Source of the DNA: Candidatus Woesearchaeota archaeon
GTDB taxonomy: Archaea > Nanobdellota > Nanobdellia > SCGC-AAA011-G17 > UBA489
Assembly: GCA_964367375.1 (NCBI GenBank)
Contig: CAYIXG010000001.1
Coordinates: forward strand, 3,905-67,904
Reading direction: 5' to 3'
DNA: 64,000 nucleotides
Part shown: piece by piece, positions 26,798-35,044 of the stretch
How positions within the stretch are numbered: the first letter of the stretch is position 1
Layout of the letters: each line of letters starts with the position of its first letter
Program-made: the position numbers and the translations under genes
Notes under the pieces: model-generated
What the model saw: the letters and a program-made list of their open reading frames with translations, nothing else
Told to the model about the DNA's origin: nothing
Database searches by the model: none

Positions 26798-27651
26798 AAG
26801 AAGAGAAAACTGAAGAAATCAAAGCTCCTGAGAATCAGCAGGAAGCGGTTGTCGTTGAGGAAGGCAGTATTCCTCAAGAGAAGCAAGAGCTTGTCAAAGT
26901 GCAAGATGAAGTGGTGCCTGAAGCTGTTGATGTTCCTGTGGGAATTGCGCGGGAGCAGGGTTTTGATAAGGAGAAGTGGCATCCGAAGACGAAGCTGGGA
27001 ATGCGTGTAAAAGCAGGAGAAATTACAACCATTGATGAAATTTTAGATAAGGGTGTGCGTATTTTTGAGGCAGAAATTGTGGATTGTTTGGTGCAGGATG
27101 TGGATATTGATTTGCTTGCAGTTGGTCAGTCAAAGGGGAAGTTTGGTGGGGGGAAGCGTTCGATTTGGCGGCAAACGCAAAAGAAAACGAGAGAGGGAAA
27201 TAAACCCAGTTTTACTGCATTGGTTGTTGCGGGAAACAGGGATGGTTATATTGGTCTTGGTGCGGGAAAGGCAAAGGAAACGGTTCCTGCCAGGGAAAAG
27301 GCAACGCGAAATGCAAAGTTAAGTGTAATGAAGATTCTGAGAGGGTGTGGCTCATGGAGGTGTGGGTGTGGAACGCCGCATTCAATTCCATTTACTGTTA
27401 AAGGAAAGTGTGGGTCAGTGATTGTGAAGCTTATTCCTGCGCCGAAAGGAACGAAGTTATGTACAGAAAAGGAGTGTGCAAAGATTTTGGAGCTTGCAGG
27501 GATTAAGGATGTGTATATGCGATCCTTAGGTCATACAGCAACCAAGATGAATTTGGTGAAGGCATGTTTTATTGCGTTGAAGAAGTTGACAGAAATGAAG
27601 ATGACTCCAGAATATTATAAAATTGCTGGAGTGAAGGAAGGGAAGAAATGA
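26794..27651 (+). CDS. rps5: 30S ribosomal protein S5 (acidic N-terminal extension)
   Basis: GNRDGYIGLGAGKAKETVPAREKATRNAKLSVM...GIKDVYMRSLGHT. The first ~60 aa are an E/Q/V-rich extension. Confidence 0.9.
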   Translation: MKEEKTEEIKAPENQQEAVVVEEGSIPQEKQELVKVQDEVVPEAVDVPVGIAREQGFDKEKWHPKTKLGMRVKAGEITTIDEILDKGVRIFEAEIVDCLVQDVDIDLLAVGQSKGKFGGGKRSIWRQTQKKTREGNKPSFTALVVAGNRDGYIGLGAGKAKETVPAREKATRNAKLSVMKILRGCGSWRCGCGTPHSIPFTVKGKCGSVIVKLIPAPKGTKLCTEKECAKILELAGIKDVYMRSLGHTATKMNLVKACFIALKKLTEMKMTPEYYKIAGVKEGKK

Positions 27652-28142
27652 CAGAGAAAGAGCCAGTGAAGTTGGTACGGGTTGCGGTTATTCGGATCAG
27701 AGGAGATACTGGAATAAAGGCTCCAATTAAAAAAACATTGGAGTTATTGCGTTTATATAGAAAGCATCATTGTGTGATCATTGCAAATAATCCGACAGGT
27801 GTGGGAATGTTGACAAAGGTGAAGGATGTAGTAACATGGGGAGAGATTGATGAGGAAACGTGTCAATTGCTGCTTGCGAAGCGTGGTCTTCTTCCGGGAA
27901 AGGGGCATTTGTCTCCAGAGTATGTGCAGGAAAAAATGAAGATGTCTCTTGATCAGTTTGTGAAAGAGTTTATGGCATTAAAGCGCGAATTGCAGGATGT
28001 TCCTGGATTAAAGTCTTTTTTTAAGTTGAAGCCTCCGGAAAGAGGTTTTGAACGCAAAGGGATAAAGGTGCCTTTCTCATTGGGCGGTTCTCTCGGGTAT
28101 CGGAAAGATGCGATTAATGACCTCTTGAGGAGGATGATGTAG
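27648..28142 (+). CDS. rpl30: 50S ribosomal protein L30
   Basis: VRVAVIRIRGDTGIKAPIKKTLELLRLYRKHHCVII. Confidence 0.85.
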   Translation: MTEKEPVKLVRVAVIRIRGDTGIKAPIKKTLELLRLYRKHHCVIIANNPTGVGMLTKVKDVVTWGEIDEETCQLLLAKRGLLPGKGHLSPEYVQEKMKMSLDQFVKEFMALKRELQDVPGLKSFFKLKPPERGFERKGIKVPFSLGGSLGYRKDAINDLLRRMM

Positions 28143-28144
28143 GA

Positions 28145-28543
28145 ATGACAGTGAACAAGAGAAAAAAGAATTCGAGAAGGCACGGCAAGACGACGCATGG
28201 TTATGGTTCAAGGAAGAAGCATCGCGGTGCGGGAAATCGTGGAGGAAGGGGGATGGCAGGAACAGGAAAGCGAGCAGATCAAAAAAAGATAAGCATCATT
28301 AAGGAGTATAATGGGGAATATTTTGGAAAGCATGGTTTTGTGTGTCAGACAACAAAAGCAGTGAAGACAGTGAACATTGAGGACTTGCCTGCAAGTGGGG
28401 AAGTGAATTTGCGGGTGTTGGGTATTGGAAAATTGTTGGGAAAGGGAATGCCAAAGGGAAAGCTGACAGTAATTGTGGATGCAGTGTCAAAGAAGGCGCA
28501 GGAGAAGATTGAAAAAGCAGGGGGAAAAATAGTTTCTGAGTGA
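28145..28543 (+). CDS. rpl15: 50S ribosomal protein L15
   Basis: KRKKNSRRHGKTTHGYGSRKKHRGAGNRGGRGMAGTGKRADQKK. Confidence 0.85.
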   Translation: MTVNKRKKNSRRHGKTTHGYGSRKKHRGAGNRGGRGMAGTGKRADQKKISIIKEYNGEYFGKHGFVCQTTKAVKTVNIEDLPASGEVNLRVLGIGKLLGKGMPKGKLTVIVDAVSKKAQEKIEKAGGKIVSE

Positions 28544-29952
28544 CCATGGGCGTTTTTGAGTCTATCTTATCATTTCTTCCTGAGGTGAGGAAGCCAACAG
28601 AAAAGCGGTTGTCTTTTAAGGTGAAGTTAAAGTGGACGCTGCTGATTTTGGTTGCGTTCTTTGTGTTGTCTGTCATTCCGTTGTTTGGATTGGGAGAAAA
28701 CGCGTTGTCGCAGTTTGAGTCTTTGTCTATTATTCTGGGTGCAAGTTTTGGTTCAATTATGTCATTAGGTATTGGCCCGATTGTCACTGCATCTATTGTG
28801 TTGCAGTTGTTGAGCGGTTCTGGGATTTTGAAGCTGGACACAACAACAAAGGAAGGGAGGGCGCGCTTTCAAGGCTTACAGAAAGTGTTGACAATCTTTT
28901 TCATCTTGTTTGAGGCGATTATTTATGTGTTTATGGGTGGTCTTGCCCCTGCGCAGACGTTGTTGGGAACGTCTTCGTATCTGCTTATACAATTAATCTT
29001 GGTGTTTCAGTTGGTGCTTGGCGGGTTTATTGTGATGTATATGGATGAGGTGGTGAACAAGTACGGCTTTGGCTCGGGAATATCATTGTTCATTGCTGCA
29101 GGAGTGTCGAGCGAGTTGTTTATTCGTGCATTTTCTCCGTTGACGCGTGCAGGAACGTGGGCGTTTGGAGGTGCAGAGGCTCCGATTGGTCAGGTGTGGG
29201 TGTTGTTCACATCGTTGATTGGAAGAAACCCGGTGGGTGCTGGGCTTGCGTTAGCCTCAATCCTTGCAACAGTGTTAATTTTTGTTTTGGCAGTGTATGG
29301 TCAGGCAATGAAGATTGAAATTCCTCTCTCATTTGGAAGGATTCGTGGTCATGGGATTCGGTGGCCGTTGAAGTTTATGTACACTTCGAACATTCCTGTT
29401 ATTTTGACTGCAGCATTGCTTGCAAACATTCAGTTGTGGGCGAGGTTGTTGGAGAAGTGGGGGCATCCTCTTTTTGGAACGTATATTGGAAATCTTCCTG
29501 CATCAGGCTTGGTAACCTGGGTGTTTCCGCCGAATTTGATACAGGGAATCATCACAAGTTCTTTAAGAATGATTGATGTGGCGCACGCCTCTGTGTACCT
29601 ATTGTTTATGACTGGGGGTGCGGTGTTATTCTCTATTTTCTGGGTGCAAACTTCTGGAATGGACGCTGCATCACAAGCAAAGCAGATGATGGCGTCTGGC
29701 TTGCAGATTCCCGGGTTTAGACGCGATCCGCGGGTGTTGGAGCAAATTTTAGGAAGATACATCATGCCCTTGACAGTGTTGGGTGCGATTTCAGTGGGAT
29801 TGCTTGCAGGTTTGGCTGATGTGTTGGGTGCATTGTCTCAGGGAACAGGAATCTTGCTGACAGTCATGATTATTTATAAGCTGTATGAGGATATTGCGCA
29901 GCAGCACATGATGGATATGCATCCTGCGTTGCAGAAGATGATGGGTGAATAA
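28540..29952 (+). CDS. secY: Preprotein translocase subunit SecY
   Basis: 10-TM SecY/Sec61-alpha; GIGPIVTASIVLQLL, the plug region and GTGILLTVMIIYKLYE. The likely true start is the ATG at 28546. Confidence 0.9.
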   Translation: MTMGVFESILSFLPEVRKPTEKRLSFKVKLKWTLLILVAFFVLSVIPLFGLGENALSQFESLSIILGASFGSIMSLGIGPIVTASIVLQLLSGSGILKLDTTTKEGRARFQGLQKVLTIFFILFEAIIYVFMGGLAPAQTLLGTSSYLLIQLILVFQLVLGGFIVMYMDEVVNKYGFGSGISLFIAAGVSSELFIRAFSPLTRAGTWAFGGAEAPIGQVWVLFTSLIGRNPVGAGLALASILATVLIFVLAVYGQAMKIEIPLSFGRIRGHGIRWPLKFMYTSNIPVILTAALLANIQLWARLLEKWGHPLFGTYIGNLPASGLVTWVFPPNLIQGIITSSLRMIDVAHASVYLLFMTGGAVLFSIFWVQTSGMDAASQAKQMMASGLQIPGFRRDPRVLEQILGRYIMPLTVLGAISVGLLAGLADVLGALSQGTGILLTVMIIYKLYEDIAQQHMMDMHPALQKMMGE

Positions 29953-29954
29953 AG

Positions 29955-30425
29955 ATGGTGCTTGACAAGTTTTTTGATGTGTTGTTTTATCCGTTTCTGC
30001 ACTTTTTGTCTCCGCGGTGGAGTCTGATTGGGATTTCTCTTATTATTACAGTTCTCATTACGCTTGCATATAAGTTCTTGACCAATCAGCAGAGGATGAA
30101 GGAATTGAAGGCTGAGGTGAAGGACTTGCAAGCGAAGATGAAGGAGAGTAAGGAGGATAAGGATAAGCTGATGCAGCTGAATCAGCAGGCGATGGGAAAG
30201 AATTTGGAAGTGATGAAGCACAGCTTGCGCCCCACATTAATCACCTTTATTCCGATTATTATCATCTTTTCGTGGCTCAGAAACACGTATTTGCCTGCAG
30301 GCGACCTTTTTTCATGGAATGCGGATATTATCCTTTTTGGGAGCGGGATAGGGTGGTTATGGACATATATTCTGTGTTCATTCATTTTTAGCTTGATCAT
30401 AAGAAAAGTTTTAAAAATCCAGTAG
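29955..30425 (+). CDS. DUF106 family membrane protein (Oxa1/EMC3-like insertase homologue)
   Basis: 3-TM protein with a coiled-coil loop (KELKAEVKDLQAKMKESKEDKDKLMQLNQQAMGKN). This is the conserved archaeal position downstream of secY. Confidence 0.6.
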   Translation: MVLDKFFDVLFYPFLHFLSPRWSLIGISLIITVLITLAYKFLTNQQRMKELKAEVKDLQAKMKESKEDKDKLMQLNQQAMGKNLEVMKHSLRPTLITFIPIIIIFSWLRNTYLPAGDLFSWNADIILFGSGIGWLWTYILCSFIFSLIIRKVLKIQ

Positions 30426-30439
30426 GTTATGGAAAGACT

Positions 30440-30709
30440 ATGACAACAAAAGGGCAGCGTTCGACACATCGGAGAAAAGTCAAGCGAAAGCTTCCAGGAG
30501 GAAGGATGCAGGTGTCTTTTGAGAAGAAAAGGCCGAGGAAGGCAGTATGCGCATCGTGTGGAATGCAGTTGTTGGGAGTCCCGCAAGAAATTCCCTCGCA
30601 GCTGAAAAAAATGCCAAAATCGCAGCGCAGGCCGGAACGCCCGTATGGTGGGGTGTTATGCTTTAACTGTTTAAAGGAATCAATGATGGAGAGGGCTCGG
30701 CAAACATGA
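30440..30709 (+). CDS. rpl34e: 50S ribosomal protein L34e
   Basis: MTTKGQRSTHRRKVKRKLPGGRM...CASCGMQLLGV...CFNC Zn ribbon. Confidence 0.8.
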   Translation: MTTKGQRSTHRRKVKRKLPGGRMQVSFEKKRPRKAVCASCGMQLLGVPQEIPSQLKKMPKSQRRPERPYGGVLCFNCLKESMMERARQT

Positions 30710-31107
30710 TGGATGTTGGACGCCTCGCGATGAAGATTGCGGGAAAGGAAGCGGGGAAGATTGTTGCAGTTGTTGATGTGCTTGATGAGGGTTTTGTCTT
30801 GGTGGATGGTCAGGTGAAGCGGAGAAGGTGTAATATTAATCATCTTGAGCCGCTGCAGAAAGAGATTGAAATTAAGAAGAATGCATCGCATGCGGAAGTG
30901 GTGAAGGAGTTGAAAAAATTAGGTATTGAAGTAATTGAAAAAAAGCCAAAGGCTGCAGTGCAGCGCCCAATAAAGGTGAGAGGAAAAAAGAAGGAAGTGG
31001 TGGAGGAAAAGAAAGAGGTGAAGAAGGAAAAGAAGGAAGGTGCAGAAGAGAAAAAGGTGAAGAAGGGTGCAAGTAAAAAGCCTCGTGCAGCGAAGAAGGG
31101 TAAATGA
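30706..31107 (+). CDS. rpl14e: 50S ribosomal protein L14e (KOW; Lys-rich tail)
   Basis: VGRLAMKIAGKEAGKIVAVVDVLDEGFVLVDG, then a KKE-rich tail. Confidence 0.8.
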   Translation: MMDVGRLAMKIAGKEAGKIVAVVDVLDEGFVLVDGQVKRRRCNINHLEPLQKEIEIKKNASHAEVVKELKKLGIEVIEKKPKAAVQRPIKVRGKKKEVVEEKKEVKKEKKEGAEEKKVKKGASKKPRAAKKGK

Positions 31108-31526
31108 GCAGTCAAAAGAGTCCTGACAAAGAGCTTGTGCAGACAAAATATTTTGAGTTGCAAATGATCAAGGAGCAGCTTGATCAGCTGCAGAAGCAGG
31201 CAGTGTTTATTTCTCAGCGTGCGGAAGAGCTGTCTCAACTGCAGGAGAATGTGCAGTCATTGCAGGAAATGAGTACGGGTGCAGACATGTTTGTGCAGAT
31301 AGGCGCGGGTATTCACGTGAAGGCTGCATTGCAGGACACGGAAAAAGTCTTGGTGAATGTGGGTGCAGATACAGTGGTGCAGAAGAGTATGGGCGAGGCT
31401 GTGGATTTAATTAAGAAGCAGGTTGCCGAACTCAGAGAAGTTGAAACTTCAGCAAGTGTGCAGGTGGAGAGGCTTGCCGAACGCGGAAGGGCATTGCATG
31501 AGGAATTAAAAGGGTTAATGAAATAG
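31104..31526 (+). CDS. pfdA: Prefoldin alpha subunit (probable)
   Basis: 140 aa: N-terminal coiled coil, two beta-hairpins (MFVQIGAGIHVKAAL / VLVNVGADTVVQKS), C-terminal coiled coil. Confidence 0.55.
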   Translation: MSSQKSPDKELVQTKYFELQMIKEQLDQLQKQAVFISQRAEELSQLQENVQSLQEMSTGADMFVQIGAGIHVKAALQDTEKVLVNVGADTVVQKSMGEAVDLIKKQVAELREVETSASVQVERLAERGRALHEELKGLMK

Positions 31527-31592
31527 GATGCCTTTCTCTGAAACATCTACCATCAACTCTCATAATTCTTTTAAACCTCTTGGTGAGTAAGA

Positions 31593-32951
31593 GTGTTCAT
31601 GAACTCCTTGTTTTCTTTATATGCGCGAAAGGATGTGCAGAGGGTCATGGTGGAGTTTGCGAGGGAGAGGGAGGTTGCTGTTCTCTTTGGGGAGAATGGG
31701 TTTGGGAAGAGGCCAGACATGGTGCAGTTTGATTCTGATATTGTGGAGTTTGCAAAAGCTGGTGCAACCTCGTTTCATTTTTCTGAAGAGCGTTGGAGTG
31801 ATCCTCTTCGGTTGTCGACAGGGATGTCAAGAAAAGAGTTGGACGAGTTGCGTATCGGCTGGGATTTGGTGTTGGATATTGATTGTCCTTTTGTGGAATT
31901 TTCAAAGGTGGTTGCAGGGTTGTTAATTGAAGCGTTGCAGTTTTGTGATGTGAATCATCTGGGAATGAAATTTTCTGGGAATAAGGGGTTTCATATTATT
32001 GTTCCGTTTGAATCCTTTCCAGCAACAGTGAACAATCAGGCAGTGAGAATATTGTTTCCTGATGGGCCTCGCGTGATTGCGAAATACCTTTCCTCACTAA
32101 TTCGGGAGCCGTTGGCAACGCAGTTGTTAGCAATAAGCACGATTGGTGAAATGGCAAAAGCGACGGGAAAGCCTGAGGCTGCGTTGAAGGTGAATCACCA
32201 GTTTAATCCGTATGCTGTTGTGGAGATTGATACTATTTTGATTTCGTCTCGGCACTTGTTTCGTGCGCCGTACTCGGTGAATGAAAAGTCTGGGTTGGTG
32301 AGCGTTCCATTAAAAATGGGTGAGTTGAAGCATTTTGAGCCGCCAATGGCAAAAATAAGCAACATAAAGGAAGTTGTTTCTTTTATGGACAGGGAAAAGG
32401 CGCGTCCGGAAGAAGCGTATCATTTGCTGGTGCAGGCGTTTGATCATGAGAAGAAGCATGCATTGGTGATGGAGCAGCAGGTGCAGGGAAAAGAGGGAAG
32501 GACATTTGCAGAGGTGAAGGAGAAGGTGGGGGAGCAGTGTTTTCCGCAGTGTATGCAGAAGCTGTTGAAAGGTGTGGAGACTGACGGGAGGAAGAGGTCA
32601 TTATTTGTGTTGATCAATTTCTTGAAGAGCATGAATTATTCGATGGATGAGATTGAGCAGAAAATCATGGAGTGGAACAAAAAGAATTACGAGCCGTTGA
32701 GGGAAGGATACGTGAAGGCGCAGCTGAGTTGGCATAAGCGTCAGCAGGCGAGTGTGTTGCCTCCGAATTGTAGTCATGAGGCATATTACAAGGCGTTAGG
32801 AGTGAAGTGTGCAGAAGAAATTTGTACCAGGTGTAAGAATCCGGTGAATTACGCGTTGCGGTTGTATAGGATGCAAGCAAATGAGAAGACATCGAGAGAA
32901 AAGAAGGATGCTAGGCAGAAGAAAATAAGGAAACGATCTTCTGAAAAGTAG
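31593..32951 (+). CDS. priS: DNA primase small (catalytic) subunit PriS
   Basis: WDLVLDIDCP (catalytic DxD) and KFSGNKGFHIIVP (SGxxGxH), plus C-terminal CFPQC...CTRCKNP Zn motifs. Confidence 0.8.
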   Translation: MFMNSLFSLYARKDVQRVMVEFAREREVAVLFGENGFGKRPDMVQFDSDIVEFAKAGATSFHFSEERWSDPLRLSTGMSRKELDELRIGWDLVLDIDCPFVEFSKVVAGLLIEALQFCDVNHLGMKFSGNKGFHIIVPFESFPATVNNQAVRILFPDGPRVIAKYLSSLIREPLATQLLAISTIGEMAKATGKPEAALKVNHQFNPYAVVEIDTILISSRHLFRAPYSVNEKSGLVSVPLKMGELKHFEPPMAKISNIKEVVSFMDREKARPEEAYHLLVQAFDHEKKHALVMEQQVQGKEGRTFAEVKEKVGEQCFPQCMQKLLKGVETDGRKRSLFVLINFLKSMNYSMDEIEQKIMEWNKKNYEPLREGYVKAQLSWHKRQQASVLPPNCSHEAYYKALGVKCAEEICTRCKNPVNYALRLYRMQANEKTSREKKDARQKKIRKRSSEK

Positions 32952-33471
32952 TGTCATCATATCTTCTTTTGTATTCTTTGAGGATGCGGGTGAGCGTGCC
33001 GAGGTGCACGTTTGGATAAAGTGTCAGGAGGTATTGGCAGAATTGGGTGACATTTTTGGGTTTATGGGTTTGTTTGCAGCGTTCGAAATCAATGAGGACA
33101 ATTCTTTTTCCGTGAATGATGATGTGTTTGACAGGGTTGTTCATCTCGTATTTGGTAACATAAAGCTTGTCCATGGTGTAGCATTGGTGCAAGATGTGAA
33201 GTGCAACGTGCTTTCTTTTTAGGGGTGTGGCGTGTGGCCACCAGTGCTTAATGGGGATTCCTTTTATATATTCCATATAGAGTTTGCCCTTGGAGAATTG
33301 GTAGTAACGCGGCCCGATGTTATAGGTATTGAGGAGCTTCAGCCATCGCGCTTCGTTTTCGATGCGGTTAATGGCTGTGCTGTCTGGTCGTTTTGTCTTG
33401 ACAACAGTTTGTTTTCCTCGAAAAGAGGTGAGGAAGAGAATGCCTCGTTTTCCTTTGGCGAGTTGCTTCAT
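32911..33471 (-). CDS. Small atypical protein kinase (Bud32/RIO/Kdo-kinase-like)
   Basis: 186 aa; G-rich loop region KGKRGILF...VVKTK and a C-terminal ...IIIHGKRIVLIDFERC, comparable to the Bud32 HGDL...IDFG catalytic/DFG region. Its 3' end overlaps the priS 3' end by 41 nt on the opposite strand. Confidence 0.4.
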   Translation of the reverse strand: MKQLAKGKRGILFLTSFRGKQTVVKTKRPDSTAINRIENEARWLKLLNTYNIGPRYYQFSKGKLYMEYIKGIPIKHWWPHATPLKRKHVALHILHQCYTMDKLYVTKYEMNNPVKHIIIHGKRIVLIDFERCKQTHKPKNVTQFCQYLLTLYPNVHLGTLTRILKEYKRRYDDTTFQKIVSLFSSA

Positions 33472-33614
33472 GGAGATAATGGGTGTAACTGTTTATTTAA
33501 GGGTTATCGAGCCTTTCTTTGAATGCAATAAATGAAAAAGGAATGGTTTTTGTTTCATATTAATTACTACTAATAGATAGTTAAATTTATAAACGAAGCT
33601 TTTTCTTCTCTGGT

Positions 33615-34253
33615 ATGCCAATACTCACTGCTCAAAATAACCTGTATCTTCAAGGATTTGTTCGTGTTGAAACCAACCCTAAGCGTAGGGACATGTCTCC
33701 ACCTTTTCAAGATCGTGCGGGAAGAACTTTTTTTCCTCAAATTGTTATATTAGGACCAAGTACTGATGCTGTTCTTGGTGAATCATCATCAGGATTCCAG
33801 GAAGAAACACCCTGCAGTCCTTTTTCCCAATTTTACGCATCAGTGAATAACAATGTTCCAAGCATTGCGGGAGGGGATGTGTATGAAACACTTGCTTCTC
33901 GTATAAATGGTCCTGATACGCAACTGGATCTTGAAGACAAGATCAGTTTCTTGGCAGGCATTGAGCATGTTCTTGATGAAGCATTTGCGTTAGTGATGCC
34001 GGTGACTGTGCGAGTGCCAGATCTTCCAAGGTCGCTGCGATTATCTTCTACTCATATAATTCTTCCTCAAAGAGCAGATATACATCTCATGCAAAAACGT
34101 GTTCATGTTTCTCTTGAAGAAGTTTCTCCTTTGCTTCTTGCATCTCATCTTCAAGTAGCAAAGAGGAGGAATTGTTCTGGTGATAAGCTTCTGAGTTTGT
34201 ATACTGAGTTTGTTGGTCTTGGATACATGTGCACACTCAGTTTTTCATCTTAA
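33615..34253 (+). CDS. Hypothetical protein
   Basis: 212-aa ORF with no recognisable motif. Coding status uncertain. Confidence 0.25.
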   Translation: MPILTAQNNLYLQGFVRVETNPKRRDMSPPFQDRAGRTFFPQIVILGPSTDAVLGESSSGFQEETPCSPFSQFYASVNNNVPSIAGGDVYETLASRINGPDTQLDLEDKISFLAGIEHVLDEAFALVMPVTVRVPDLPRSLRLSSTHIILPQRADIHLMQKRVHVSLEEVSPLLLASHLQVAKRRNCSGDKLLSLYTEFVGLGYMCTLSFSS

Positions 34254-34254
34254 G

Positions 34255-35037
34255 TTATGCTGCCCAGCAGTAGGTGTCTTGTGTTTGTGGTTTGATGCAG
34301 GAACATTCAGTCACGATATAAGCAATATCGATGCACACATCTGGGTGTTGTGTTTGCGTGAATGTAGGTGCAGAAGGATCCACATCTTGCTTGTACGCAT
34401 TATACATGAAGAATCCTCCATCATTCACATCAAACAATGCTTCATGCACCACTGAGGATGCAGGCACAAACTCTCCGCCTGCTTGATGACACACATCAGA
34501 AGGATCATTTCTGCATACTACTGTCTTTGGAGGGGCAATCGCATCATAGGATAAGGTGACTCCTTCTTGAATTCCCTCATGCGTTCCGAGCACTTCAAAC
34601 GTGCGCAACACCGTTTGACAACTCCCTTCAAAGCGGATCAGTGTCGGGTTCACTGCAACAAAGGACACAGAATCCTGGTCAGTTGCCGCGTCTTGAAGTT
34701 CGTTGTACGCGGGAAGTGGTTTTCCAAGATTGTCTTCTGGCCATGGCCCTTTGGGCACTTCTTCTATGTACTCTGGGATGCATGCGGTAAATCCGTTTGT
34801 ATTCTGCTGATCAAACATGAGGTCTTGTAAGATGCCGTCAGCAAGCGATAACCCATACAACGGATCACCTGTTATTTCATCAGCGCTTTCATCAACTCCC
34901 ATTCCAGTCACAACATCTGTCTTTTCTGTTTTTGTGGATAATAATACTGCGCTCAGAATGACAATTCCAAGCACGAGGAGTGTTACCATCTTATTGTTTA
35001 TTCCTGTTTCCTTATGCATTGGTTTTTGTTGGTTCAT
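34255..35037 (-). CDS. Membrane-anchored secreted protein
   Basis: Start placed at the ATG (35037-35035) preceding the TM segment MVTLLVLGIVILSAVLL. The upstream part of the six-frame ORF overlaps the preceding gene and is probably not translated. Confidence 0.4.
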   Translation of the reverse strand: MNQQKPMHKETGINNKMVTLLVLGIVILSAVLLSTKTEKTDVVTGMGVDESADEITGDPLYGLSLADGILQDLMFDQQNTNGFTACIPEYIEEVPKGPWPEDNLGKPLPAYNELQDAATDQDSVSFVAVNPTLIRFEGSCQTVLRTFEVLGTHEGIQEGVTLSYDAIAPPKTVVCRNDPSDVCHQAGGEFVPASSVVHEALFDVNDGGFFMYNAYKQDVDPSAPTFTQTQHPDVCIDIAYIVTECSCIKPQTQDTYCWAA

Positions 35038-35044
35038 TTTCTTT

